Shown here piece by piece: positions 19,701 to 28,586 of a stretch of 64,000 bases of DNA. Both the position numbers and the translations under genes were made by a program. How positions within the stretch are numbered: position 1 is the stretch's first letter; each line of letters begins with the position of its first letter. The stretch is taken from positions 222,076 through 286,075 of the forward strand of contig CBDEGZ010000003.1 of NCBI GenBank assembly GCA_965238175.1, in the 5' to 3' direction. The notes beneath the pieces are model-generated. The model saw only the letters and a program-made list of their open reading frames with translations. It was not told the DNA's origin and searched no databases. This stretch comes from Gammaproteobacteria bacterium (lineage in GTDB: Bacteria; Pseudomonadota; Gammaproteobacteria; CAJXQU01).

Positions 19701-21789
19701 CGTTGCCCTGACAGGTTTAAGTGTCAGTGATAACTATCCTGCGGCGATCACAAATGCGGCTTCAGCGAATGCCAGTAGCACCTGTAGCGGTGGTACTCTG
19801 AATGCGGCAAACGGCGGTAGCAGTATTAGTTATACCGGAGGAAGCGTTGCGGCAGGGTCGAGTTGTACGATAAGTGTGAATGTGACCAGCAACACTGTAG
19901 GCCAACACCTTAATACTAGCGGCGTGGTTAGCAATGCAGAGGCACCGGATAGCACAACAGCGAGTGCAACTTTGGGTGTTACTTCATCAGGGGGTGGTGG
20001 TGGTGGCACTCTAACACTTTTCCCTAGTGACGACGCACGTGTGAGCTTGGGATTTTCCGGAAGTAACTACGGCTCAGACACAGTAGTAAGGGTTCGGGGA
20101 GCAGGTACAAGCTCCCATGAAAGTTACCTGAAATTTAACGTGGCTGGATTAACGAGCATACCTACATCGGCTAAATTACGTCTTTTCGTAACCGATGGAA
20201 GTCCTGATGGCGGTGGTGTATACGTCGTTGGCAGCGGCTGGGATGAATCGACTATCACAGGGAGTAATGCACCTGCAATTAGCGGTAGCCCAATTGCTAG
20301 TTCAGGTTCAGTTACGAATGGAACCTGGGTAGAGATAGATATAGCTTCGGCGATTACAGGCAACGGCACTTATAGTTTTGGTATACGGAGTAATAGCTCG
20401 AATAGTGCTCGTTACAGTTCCAAAGAAGGTACGAATCCACCAGAATTAGTAATTGAATCATCGGGAATTCCTACCCCAGACATAACCGTAACGCCGACAT
20501 CAAATAACTACGGAGATGTTACAGTCAATGGAATGGGTTCAATTAATTTTACGGTACGCAACGATGGAATCGCCACTTTGAATGTGAGTGGTACAAGTTT
20601 GATTGGAAGCGATCCTACAGAGTTCAACATCGACAGTGGTGGTTCATTCAGCCTGACTCAAGGACAAACTCAGGTGGTGAGCGTGAGTTTCAACCCAACG
20701 TCAATTGGTGGTAAGAGTGCAAGCTTACGAATAGCGAGTAACGATCCGAACGAAGATCCACTTGACGTAAGCCTAACTGGTAACGGTGTAGTTAGCGCTC
20801 CAGATATAACGGTCACTCCGAGCACTCACAGCTATGGCGACATTGTTGTAGGAAACTCGGACTCTCTTAACATAGTTATCCGTAATGATGGTAGCCAAAA
20901 CCTGATCGTATCTGCCGTGTCCTTGAGTGGAAGTAATCCGGGGGAATTCAGTATAGACAGCGGCGGTAATGGCGGCATTCTGACTCCTGGACAAAGTCAG
21001 ACGGTTACGGTGAGTTTCAATCCCAGTTCTCTAGGAACTAAGGCCGCAGTTTTAAGTATTCCTAGCGATGACCCGGATGAAAACCCGATCGATGTGGATT
21101 TGAGTGGCACAGGTGTTGATACTCCACTACCAGGTGGTAACGTGACATTCGAAGATATACAGGCTGGCGGTTCATCGAGTGCTACTGCTGTTTCAACTTC
21201 GGGTAATGTGACAGGTGTTAGTGGTGATTTGTATTTAGCGACTATCACCAGTAAATCCTTCAAGACGGTTACATCGGTTACTGGACTAGGTTTAAGTTGG
21301 AGTCTGGTCACGGAGCAATGTGCTGGACGTAACCAGACGGGTGTAACTGTTTGGCAAGCTCAGGGTAGTAGTCCTACCTCCAGCACAGTAACAGCAAATT
21401 TATCAGGAGCTCCAACTAATGCAACAATTACAGTGTCACGTTACTCCGGTGTGAGCCAAACAGATCCCATTGGAAACATTATTTCTGGTAACACTAATGG
21501 TGTGAGCGGAGCTTGTTCTGGAGGCACTGATTCTAATAGTTATAACTTTAATCTAGACACTACTACGCATGGGTCTGTCGTATTTGGAGCTATTGCCATG
21601 CGTAACAAAGCTCATACTGAAGGTTTTGGTTACACTGAACAGGTAGAGTTTGTACAGGGCAGTGGTGGCGGAAGTGCTTCGGTAGCTAACATGGATCAGA
21701 CTATTTTTAGCCCATCGACGGTTAGTGTTGATGGTATATTTAGTAGCAATGTTGACTACGCTGTTATTGGTATTGAGATCAAGCCATAG
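16759..21789 (+). CDS. Giant (~1.68k aa) secreted multi-domain surface protein with glycan-binding / adhesin-like modules
   Basis: Long signal-like N-terminus (…KHKRLNNLMIIIFMMMFGLSIVKA). N-terminal globular region. Two pairs of ~110-aa beta-sandwich repeats ('DITVTP..NYGDV.VG....F.V.NDG...L.VS' type). Two ~150-aa 'TLTL.PSDDARVS...SNYGSD...R.RGAGTSSHESYLKFNV' modules. Two identical ~130-aa 'conserved repeat/DUF11-like' modules. A poly-Gly linker. The start could also be the ORF-track ATG at 16699; 16759 is chosen because it precedes the basic/hydrophobic signal region. Confidence 0.8.
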   Translation: MRRMLASPLRRLQLSLKHKRLNNLMIIIFMMMFGLSIVKAATPLSEAGYRGFSYPTALSQPTGEKPESKLWFNDGFWWGILWSTSGGAHHIHRLDENTQDWIDTGVSVDDRDDSKSDTLWDGNNQKLYVVSHRFISNAGQSATSGNRGELYRYSYSAGSNSYSLDSGFPVEVNAARTETLVIEKDSNDRLWVTYTRDQTVYLNHSGSSDTDWDPTNRPFILPTGDNTVDIGADDNCSIATFNNNIGVMWSNQSDDKMYFSAHPDSASPTTGWSSGVVVFEGAGNRSADDHINLASLDGDPAGEVFAVTKTSESNARNMLLVCDSGCTSSSDWTAYTAYQEGGSVGNPTRPAVVIDTSNRQLYVFTSVSDSGRDIYYKVTDLDNIQFNASSLGSPLIKDSSNSPNNVTSTKQNLNSSTGLAALSATGSRYLHNQFPLSASPSPDITVTPISRNYGDVVVNGVGSFNFIVSNDGTTTLNVSSTSLLGSDSDQFNIDSGNGSFSLNQGQSQTVSLSFNPTTVGNKSATLRIASNDPNEDPFDVSLTGNGVISAPDITVTPSANDYGDIEVGNTVSFNVEIRNDGSENLNVSALSLAGSNPGEFSIDSGQSGSTLAPGQSQVAAVSFNPSSLGDKSAILSIPSNDPDENPSNVDLSGRGISPGMGGGTLTLSPSDDARVSLGFPRSNYGSDTVIRIRGAGTSSHESYLKFNVAGLTGTPTSAKLRLFVTDGSPDGGDVYIVGNSWDESTITAGNAPAISGSPIASAGSVINGIWIEIDITSEITGNGTYSFGMRSNSSNSARYSSKEGANPPELVIEQSGTSGSVTPTLSKSFNPITITSGGISTLTLTINNNGNSVALTGLSVSDNYPAAITNAASANASSTCSGGTLNAANGGSSISYTGGSVAAGSSCTISVNVTSNTVGQHLNTSGVVSSTEAPDSATASATLTVNSEVVAPTLSKSFNPTSITSGGISTLTLTINNNGNSVALTGLSVSDNYPAAITNAASANASSTCSGGTLNAANGGSSISYTGGSVAAGSSCTISVNVTSNTVGQHLNTSGVVSNAEAPDSTTASATLGVTSSGGGGGGTLTLFPSDDARVSLGFSGSNYGSDTVVRVRGAGTSSHESYLKFNVAGLTSIPTSAKLRLFVTDGSPDGGGVYVVGSGWDESTITGSNAPAISGSPIASSGSVTNGTWVEIDIASAITGNGTYSFGIRSNSSNSARYSSKEGTNPPELVIESSGIPTPDITVTPTSNNYGDVTVNGMGSINFTVRNDGIATLNVSGTSLIGSDPTEFNIDSGGSFSLTQGQTQVVSVSFNPTSIGGKSASLRIASNDPNEDPLDVSLTGNGVVSAPDITVTPSTHSYGDIVVGNSDSLNIVIRNDGSQNLIVSAVSLSGSNPGEFSIDSGGNGGILTPGQSQTVTVSFNPSSLGTKAAVLSIPSDDPDENPIDVDLSGTGVDTPLPGGNVTFEDIQAGGSSSATAVSTSGNVTGVSGDLYLATITSKSFKTVTSVTGLGLSWSLVTEQCAGRNQTGVTVWQAQGSSPTSSTVTANLSGAPTNATITVSRYSGVSQTDPIGNIISGNTNGVSGACSGGTDSNSYNFNLDTTTHGSVVFGAIAMRNKAHTEGFGYTEQVEFVQGSGGGSASVANMDQTIFSPSTVSVDGIFSSNVDYAVIGIEIKP
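19223..19985 (+). repeat. Intragenic near-perfect tandem duplication (~390 bp x 2) inside the giant gene
   Basis: Nucleotides ~19223-19612 and ~19613-19985 are almost identical base-for-base (e.g. 'cacaagcggaggtatatcgacactgaccttgacgatcaataacaacggaaatagcgttgccctgacagg...'). The encoded modules are 'PTLSKSFNP.TITSGGISTLTLTINNNGNSVALTGLSVSDNYPAAITNA...'. Confidence 0.9.
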
Positions 21790-21810
21790 TCGAAAATTAA
21801 ATATATAAGG

Positions 21811-22305
21811 GTGCCAGTTATTATTTGTGGCACCCTTTATTATTTGTGGCACCCTTTATTATTTGTGGCACCCTTTATTATTTGTGGCACCCTTTATTAT
21901 TTGTGGCACCCTTTATTATTTGTGGCACCCTTTATTATTTGTGGCACCCTTTATTATTTGTGGCACCCTTTATTATTTGTGGCACCCTTTATTATTTGTG
22001 GCACCCTTTATTATTTGTGGCACCCTTTATTATTTGTGGCACCCTTTATTATTTGTGGCACCCTTTATTATTTGTGGCACCCTTTATTATTTGTGGCACC
22101 CTTTATTATTTGTGGCACCCTTTATTATTTGTGGCACCCTTTATTATTTGTGGCACCCTTTATTATTTGTGGCACCCTTTATTATTTGTGGCACCCTTTA
22201 TTATTTGTGGCACCCTTTATTATTTGTGGCACCCTTTATTATTTGTGGCACCCTTTATTATTTGTGGCACCCTTTATTATTTGTGGCACCCTTTATTATT
22301 TGTGG
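21811..22305. repeat. Perfect tandem array: 19-bp unit GTGGCACCCTTTATTATTT x 25, plus one degenerate leading copy
   Basis: Directly visible; the period of 19 is confirmed by the 3-nt shift per 60-nt line. It starts 22 bp after the giant-gene stop and ends inside the last codons of the convergent gene at 22277. No spacers, so it is not a CRISPR array. Confidence 0.95.
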
Positions 22306-23569
22306 AATGGGTCCAACCAGTCCACCCAATGTTTTTACCGAACCGGGTTTTCTTACGATTCCAAAAGGAGGTAGCGTAGTAACAATCAACTAATGGCAAC
22401 TGCCAGGTATCATCACCAGTAGCTGAAAAATTAGCTTCATCATTTAACCAACTGTAAGCTCTTAATAAGGCCTTATCTTGCCAATTGAATGGATCATATC
22501 CTTGTCTCTGAAGAATGATTGCTTGAACGAGTGCACCCTGTAGTGCTTCGTAAACGTAGTTTTCCTTAGGTGGCGGCCATTGAAATCCACCACCTCGGCG
22601 TTGATCATCAGGTAAGACTCCATCTATGGAGTGTCCTTCTTTTTTACAGCCTTTTGGATTGATTCCGACAGGCTTATTTGCGTGGCACTGCCAGGCAAAA
22701 CCATATCTATAAACGAAATTTGAATATGCGTCGCGATCACCAAGCCATCCTTTAAAGACAGTGGCCGCACGGTGGATTTCTGCACGATCATTAAGATATA
22801 CCGCAATTGCTAAACGGCTTGCGCCGGCGTGAGTGCCCCAATTATTAGGTCGCTCTTCATGGGTGGAAATTAAAGTTTTCCTGCTAAGAGTGTCCGGTTG
22901 CGAATAGCGAACATTGCTTAGCCAAGCCTTAAAAAGCACTTCTTGTTTTGGGGAAAGTGTGATGAGATCAGCTGCAATAACATAAGCAGCAAGTTCTCGG
23001 CCCAATGCTAACGTAGAGCCACCTTTTTCTGTTCCCATAATCATCATGATTTGTCCCATTATTTCCTGATGAAAACTCTTTAATTCAATATCACTACATT
23101 GCAGAGATGAAGGCTCTTGGGTACAACGCACATAAACAAGGGCTTTCCCTAAGATATAGACATTGTGTTTTTGTTTATTATTACTTAAGTTCGGCTTGCC
23201 AACTGGTTTAATTGCCTGTTTTTTTAGTTGCTCCCAGGCTTCTCCTTGCATATCTAGATCAGCAAGTTCTTCAGCACTAATCCAAATACTTGTTTTTTCG
23301 GCTGGCACTGGATTTTCGTTTTCAGAAGAATTTTGTTCTAACCCAATAAGTTTACGATCCGATCCGGCATCAGCCAGAGTAACCCCTTCAGAACGAGTAA
23401 CGTCTTTTTTGCTCAGGCGAAGATCTTGTGATGAGAGTTTTTGATCTGTTGAGTACTGATCAGGTTTCTCATAATCGATCATTGTTAGACCAGTAATGGT
23501 TAACAGACTGAGCGCAGTGAGAATTGTACAAAATACGAAAAACCGTCTCATCCTTATTCTTATCTCCAT
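22277..23569 (-). CDS. Secreted alginate-lyase-family (PL5/PF05426-like) polysaccharide lyase
   Basis: Signal peptide (MRRFFVFCTILTALSLLTITG). 'NNWGTHAGASRLAIAVYLNDRAEIHRAATVF' resembles the '[28 protein letters not shown]' catalytic region of alginate lyases. 'YVYEALQGALVQAI' is similar to a conserved helix. This is a by-eye match only. Confidence 0.5.
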   Translation of the reverse strand: MEIRIRMRRFFVFCTILTALSLLTITGLTMIDYEKPDQYSTDQKLSSQDLRLSKKDVTRSEGVTLADAGSDRKLIGLEQNSSENENPVPAEKTSIWISAEELADLDMQGEAWEQLKKQAIKPVGKPNLSNNKQKHNVYILGKALVYVRCTQEPSSLQCSDIELKSFHQEIMGQIMMIMGTEKGGSTLALGRELAAYVIAADLITLSPKQEVLFKAWLSNVRYSQPDTLSRKTLISTHEERPNNWGTHAGASRLAIAVYLNDRAEIHRAATVFKGWLGDRDAYSNFVYRYGFAWQCHANKPVGINPKGCKKEGHSIDGVLPDDQRRGGGFQWPPPKENYVYEALQGALVQAIILQRQGYDPFNWQDKALLRAYSWLNDEANFSATGDDTWQLPLVDCYYATSFWNRKKTRFGKNIGWTGWTHSTNNKGCHK

Positions 23570-24113
23570 AAGATAATTAACATAATTAGTTAAAACCTTT
23601 CAGCAATTTCTGTAGATTTGTTAATTTATAAATGTTTAATCTTTAAATCGTTCTCTGCCATTTTAATAGATTAAATTAAACTTAGACGAATTGGGAATAA
23701 ATGTAGAGAGTCCAGCTCTATATTATAAAGGTTGTTCAGCGCGTGGGTAATCAGTAAACACTTGGATACCTTATTTCATAAGCAGTATAAAAAAAGAAGA
23801 TATCTAGAACTCATCAAAAAAACCGATACGGCTTGATAAATCAAAGTAGCCATTTTTGTCTCTAATTAGAGACGCTTTCTTGAGGTATGAAATTTAAATA
23901 ATTTATAGAAATATCGTATCTATTTGATATTATTGTATAATTTCTATTTTTTAATGTGTGGCATACTAATTGCTATCACTGTATATGAATAGAGCTTTTT
24001 TACATCAATTTTAACTTATAGTTGTATTTGGTTTCGGAGACAAAATAGTAAATAGATACTTCAGTATCTGTAACAATTTAGCGCCATAGCAAAATAAGCA
24101 GAATAACAAAGGT

Positions 24114-25085
24114 ATGAATAAACTTATGAAGAATTTTTCGATAAAAAGAATTACATCGGCATTTATTACGGTCATGATTGGATTTTTCACAGTCCTACCA
24201 GCAAATGCATTAACTCTGTCATATCTTGACTCATTCTCAACAGGTACTGATGGTGGCGGTGCAGGTATCGCTTTCGTTGATGGTAAGCTGTATGTCTCAA
24301 ATGGTAGTAATGTAGGCAATAGTACCATTCGTGAATTCAGCTTCGATGTTAATAACATTGGCGCTAGTGCGGAGATCCGTTCGTTTACTGCTGCGACTAA
24401 TCAGGATGGTCTGCATGGATTTACTACTAATTTACTAATGTCAAGATCATCAGCGTCATCTGATACTGATAGATTGTTAGAGATATCATTGGGGGTAACA
24501 ACCCTGGGTGTTCCAGTCGGAGGAGGCACTGATTTGTTAATAGATCAAATAAATGATTCTGGAACGAATAGTCTTGAAGCAAAAGGCGTGACTGTTGGAC
24601 CTAATGGTAATTTTCTAGTTGCTGATGAAGCGAATAACCGAATCCTTGAATTGAACAGCAGCGGCGTAATTGTTTCTCAATTAGATATGACGACATTAAT
24701 GGGAAGTGGATTTATCAGTGATCTCGAAGGTATCGCCTATTATTCGGATAATAAGCTCTTTGCCGTAACAGATTCTAACGGAGGAACGGGTGCTTCTACT
24801 GTATACGAATTGGATATTTCCTCAGGTCTCGGCGCCGCCTCTTTTGTAGCGAGTACCTTTCTAGGGGCAAATGATGGAAGTTTTGGTAATTTGGATGATC
24901 CTGAGGGGCTAGCGATTGACCTAGCTAACAACTTACTTTTTGTTTCCGATAATGCCGGCAATGAAGTGGGTGTGTATCGGATTAGTACAGCTGTGGTTCC
25001 AGTTCCTGGAGCACTCATTCTTTTTGGGTCTGCCCTGCTGGGACTTTTTGGTGCTTCGCGCCGAAAACAAGTCGTCGTAGCTTAA
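24114..25085 (+). CDS. PEP-CTERM-anchored secreted beta-propeller (NHL/SMP-30-like repeat) protein; predicted exosortase substrate
   Basis: N-terminal signal peptide. The C-terminus 'VPVPGALILFGSALLGLFGASRRKQVVVA' is a VPxP motif + TM + basic cluster, i.e. a canonical PEP-CTERM sorting signal. Internal repeats 'NN.L.VSD.ANN.V..'. Confidence 0.8.
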   Translation: MNKLMKNFSIKRITSAFITVMIGFFTVLPANALTLSYLDSFSTGTDGGGAGIAFVDGKLYVSNGSNVGNSTIREFSFDVNNIGASAEIRSFTAATNQDGLHGFTTNLLMSRSSASSDTDRLLEISLGVTTLGVPVGGGTDLLIDQINDSGTNSLEAKGVTVGPNGNFLVADEANNRILELNSSGVIVSQLDMTTLMGSGFISDLEGIAYYSDNKLFAVTDSNGGTGASTVYELDISSGLGAASFVASTFLGANDGSFGNLDDPEGLAIDLANNLLFVSDNAGNEVGVYRISTAVVPVPGALILFGSALLGLFGASRRKQVVVA

Positions 25086-25335
25086 AAGGTCGTCTATTTC
25101 CCTTAATTATTTGATTGTTGACCTTATCTTTAAGCACAAAATTTGTTCGTATGAGCAAATAGACCAAATATAGATTTACGTTTGCTCGCTTTTTATATTT
25201 AAAGATATCTAACAGAGGATTCCAGCTAAACTGAGAGCGTACATGGCCTTGTTAATTTTTGTGGGATAAATTAAGTTATGGATCCAGCTGTGAATCAATA
25301 TGTCCTCTAGCTCAATAACTGACGAATAAGTTCTT

Positions 25336-26439
25336 TTGCAAAACCTTACTGATAAAAACGAACCCATCACAGCTGAAGCGGTGGAGCAAATCCTTAAAGA
25401 AATTACTACCCATGCCGCAAGTTGGTTAGGTTTATCTGGCCAAGCTATTGTCACACTACATCAAGTTTATGATCGTCCTCAGTCAACCTTGATCTTGGTT
25501 GGTGTCGGTGGAAGCCATAAAGAACTTCTAATCAAATCACCTAAGGTTACTAGTTATGATCCTCGCTTTCATGATCGACTTTTAAAACCCGTCAGTAGTC
25601 CTTTGGTTAAGAGTAAGCTTGAGTTTGAGGCATTGTCAGCCATAGCACAACATTTTGAGGCACTTGCAGATCCTCGTTTTGCCTGGATCAAAGTTTACGC
25701 ACATCTCGAAAATCCACCTGCAACCGTTATTGAGAAGGTCTCCGAGGTGACTTTTGATAAACTACTAAGACAACCTAAAATGGCACAGGATGGTTATACA
25801 TCGTCTCGTGTAATGAAAAATTTGGGAAGTTGGTTAGCTGAATATCACAAAATAGACATGCGGCAAGTAGAGCTACGTGATGCCAGAGCTGATCAGGTGA
25901 TTACAGGTATGGTGAAATTGTTGGGTATTATTTCGAATTCGAATAGTTGGCCTCGCCCTCTGCCAGAGTCTGAGAGGGTCATTCGCCAAGCAGCATCCTA
26001 CTTACTTCCGGATGAATTGCCATTGGGTCTAGGGCACGGTGACTTTGCACCAAGAAATGTGTTTGTCGGAAGTGGCTCAAGCGTTGCTGTCATAGATTCA
26101 TTGGCAAGATATAGTGCGCCGATTTATGAGGATATCGCCTACCTTTTGGTTGAACTTTTGTCTGGTGCTGTTCGTCTCAGACGCGGCACATTACCTATTT
26201 CAACGGCCGAGCTTGCTGGTTTGAGGACGGCACTACTCGAAGGTTATAGCATTGCTGATGATGAAGTATTAAATATATTTGAACTTCGTGCTTTGCTCGA
26301 CAAGTGGCGATCGCTCACACAGCGAGCTAGATCAAACAATTTGAAAGGTCGGGCTACACGTATGGTAGATACTTTTCGTCGAATAATCGTGTCACAACGA
26401 GCCAATACGCTTATTAAACAGTTAAGAAAACATCAGTAA
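25336..26439 (+). CDS. Protein-kinase-like / aminoglycoside-phosphotransferase-fold protein (paralog A)
   Basis: 'GLGHGDFAPRNVFV...VAVIDSLARYSAPIYEDIAYLL' resembles the APH/choline-kinase catalytic loop (HGD..xxN) and DFG-equivalent (IDxE). TTG start is uncertain. Paralogous to 27448-28563. Confidence 0.55.
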   Translation: MQNLTDKNEPITAEAVEQILKEITTHAASWLGLSGQAIVTLHQVYDRPQSTLILVGVGGSHKELLIKSPKVTSYDPRFHDRLLKPVSSPLVKSKLEFEALSAIAQHFEALADPRFAWIKVYAHLENPPATVIEKVSEVTFDKLLRQPKMAQDGYTSSRVMKNLGSWLAEYHKIDMRQVELRDARADQVITGMVKLLGIISNSNSWPRPLPESERVIRQAASYLLPDELPLGLGHGDFAPRNVFVGSGSSVAVIDSLARYSAPIYEDIAYLLVELLSGAVRLRRGTLPISTAELAGLRTALLEGYSIADDEVLNIFELRALLDKWRSLTQRARSNNLKGRATRMVDTFRRIIVSQRANTLIKQLRKHQ

Positions 26440-26623
26440 AGTCTCTATTGTAAACTGAACATTGATAATTTGAGGCTTTACAATAAGTTACTTGGGATCT
26501 GTTTATTCTTTATCAAAGAAATTATATGCTAATAAGTTATTATGGAATAACAAACTTCGAGATCAGATGTTTTGAAAAGAACAACAATTTCGACTAAATG
26601 TTAAGTACAGGAGCATATAAAAT

Positions 26624-27463
26624 ATGGATCGGTCACCTAATTTTCTTTATATTGGTACCAGTAAAGCAGGTTCTACGTGGTTGTATAATGTACTAGATAA
26701 TCACTCGAATATTTATATGGCACCTGGTAAGTCCATCTATTACTTTTGTAATCATTACGCGCGTGGCAGGGATTGGTATCTTCAGAATTTTGAATCTGCA
26801 GAACAACAAAAAATCATAGGTGAAGTTTCACATAGCTATCTTTACTCACCAGAAGCATGCCAGAGAATTGCGGAACTAAATCCAGATATGCATCTTATGG
26901 CATGTTTGCGAGAGCCCACAGATCGAGCCTTTTCTGATTATTTGGATGGCGTAAAAAATGGCCTGTTTCATGGCAGCTTTGAAGAAGAATTAGAACGAGC
27001 ACCTTCTTTAATTGATCGTGGAAAGTATGCAAAACATTTGAAATGTTATGTCGAACAATTTGGTCTTGAGCAACTTCATATTGGTGTGTTTGATGAGTTG
27101 GGGGCCGACCCAGATGTATTTGCCCAAAGAATATTTAAATTCCTTGCTGTAGAGGTGCGTGAACTTCCCAGCTCACAACGTAAAAAGATGATGCCAGCAG
27201 GAAAGCCCCGCTCCAAGTTTCTTGCACAATTTGCCAAGAAGGCCTCACATACTGCCAGATCTCTAGGTTTGAGGAAGTTGCGAGGCAAGGTAAAAACATC
27301 ACGATTAGCACGGAACATCCTCTACCGACCTTATACTGCTAAAGAAAAACCACAGATGAAGCCAGAAACAAGGAAGAGATTAAGAGAGGTTTTCCGAGAA
27401 GATGTTACCGCTTTAGATTCACTATTAAATATGGACTTTAAAGGACAATGGGGATACAAATAA
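26624..27463 (+). CDS. Sulfotransferase-domain protein (PAPS-dependent)
   Basis: AGGAG RBS. 5'-PSB motif 'IGTSKAGSTWL' and 3'-PB-like 'LREPTDRAFSDY'. 279 aa. Confidence 0.8.
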   Translation: MDRSPNFLYIGTSKAGSTWLYNVLDNHSNIYMAPGKSIYYFCNHYARGRDWYLQNFESAEQQKIIGEVSHSYLYSPEACQRIAELNPDMHLMACLREPTDRAFSDYLDGVKNGLFHGSFEEELERAPSLIDRGKYAKHLKCYVEQFGLEQLHIGVFDELGADPDVFAQRIFKFLAVEVRELPSSQRKKMMPAGKPRSKFLAQFAKKASHTARSLGLRKLRGKVKTSRLARNILYRPYTAKEKPQMKPETRKRLREVFREDVTALDSLLNMDFKGQWGYK

Positions 27464-28563
27464 GTACAACGCAAGAGACTATTTTTGCTCAGCATCTCTA
27501 CGATAATGCCGCTGATTATTTTCCGGATCTACTCACGCAAGAGGTCTTGGTAGATTTAGCTAATAAGTGGATACGAAACAACTCTGAGCTGTATCGTTTT
27601 AAGATAAGTGGAGGTATTACGGAACACTTTGTTTACGTTAAAGTACCGAGTCTACGTGGTGCTTCACGAGCAATTAAGCGACCTTACCTTATACCTGAAA
27701 CAACTTCAGATCAGAAATTTCAACTGCATTACACAACACTTGAATTGATTCAGCAGCATTTTGAGCAGTTGGGAGATCAACGTTTCGGTACGGTTAGAAT
27801 GCTGGACTCGTTACCTGAACATGATGCTTTCATCATGCAGGAGGCATCTGGTGAGATCATGCGTCGTTTATTGAACCGGGCTAGCCGTTCTAGCTTTGCA
27901 ACGGCTCCACAGCAACTGGAAAAGGCATTCAATAACGCGGGTGTCTGGTTACGAATATTTCACCAGGAGATGTCACCGCCAAATAATATAGAAATAATAC
28001 ACGACCAGCGCAGTGACTATGTTGCTGCTATAAGGATGTTTACAGAGTATCTATCTGGAGCGCTTGACGATCAAAAAATTTTTCATCAAATTGATTCAAA
28101 TATCGAGGGGATTGCTGAAAGAGTACTTCCAGAACAGTTACCGCTCGGTTCACGTTTTGGTGATTTTGGCTTGACAAATATACTTGTAGAAGCGGATGGT
28201 CGGGTCACCGGAATCGACACAATGGCCAAATGGCGAGCACCAATCTACGAAGATATCGCCTGGTTTCTCACCGCTTTGAAAGCCTACAACATGCAGTCAT
28301 ATAGCCAGGGTTTGGCCTTTAGTCCGAAAAAGATCAAGCTCCTTGAACAGCAGTTTTTGACGGGCTACTTTGCTAAAGATCCCATTCCTACAGCGGAAAT
28401 ACGTCTTTTTGAAATTCTAAGATTGTTGGAACGATGGTCTGCTAAAGTAAGTCGGAATCAATCCATGTCGGGGCCTGTAGGTAGTGTTAGATCATTCTTG
28501 GTAAATCGTTTTTTTCGGAAAACAATTGGTAATCTTCTGAAAGCTTGTGAGCAGACTACTTAG
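27448..28563 (+). CDS. Protein-kinase-like / APH-fold protein (paralog B)
   Basis: 'LGSRFGDFGLTNILV...VTGIDTMAKWRAPIYEDIAWFL'. Collinear with the 25336 paralog. Overlaps the sulfotransferase gene by 16 nt. Confidence 0.55.
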   Translation: MGIQISTTQETIFAQHLYDNAADYFPDLLTQEVLVDLANKWIRNNSELYRFKISGGITEHFVYVKVPSLRGASRAIKRPYLIPETTSDQKFQLHYTTLELIQQHFEQLGDQRFGTVRMLDSLPEHDAFIMQEASGEIMRRLLNRASRSSFATAPQQLEKAFNNAGVWLRIFHQEMSPPNNIEIIHDQRSDYVAAIRMFTEYLSGALDDQKIFHQIDSNIEGIAERVLPEQLPLGSRFGDFGLTNILVEADGRVTGIDTMAKWRAPIYEDIAWFLTALKAYNMQSYSQGLAFSPKKIKLLEQQFLTGYFAKDPIPTAEIRLFEILRLLERWSAKVSRNQSMSGPVGSVRSFLVNRFFRKTIGNLLKACEQTT

Positions 28564-28586
28564 TTTATGCTAGTGAGCAGGTCAGT

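Noticed and set aside
16783-21852. Numerous 60-104-aa antisense or alternative-frame ORFs inside the giant gene (e.g. 17883-18089, 19443-19691, 20997-21311)
   Set aside because: They are embedded in a well-supported 5-kb coding frame with domain structure, and they lack start context. They are typical of GC-richer repetitive coding DNA.
21827-22301. sigma-54 -24 element (TGGCAC) inside every repeat unit
   Set aside because: No GC dinucleotide at the -12 position 10 nt downstream (ATTAT instead of TTGC). The match is fortuitous.
21811-22305. CRISPR array interpretation of the tandem repeat
   Set aside because: Units are contiguous with no intervening unique spacers, and there are no cas genes nearby. 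It is a simple tandem (VNTR-like) array.
21811-22393. Three long overlapping ORFs (184-188 aa) with repeating 'PLLFVAPFIICGTLYYLWH' peptides
   Set aside because: They are produced purely by translating the 19-bp tandem array in three frames (3 x 19 nt = 19 aa). There is no start/RBS context; they are artefacts.
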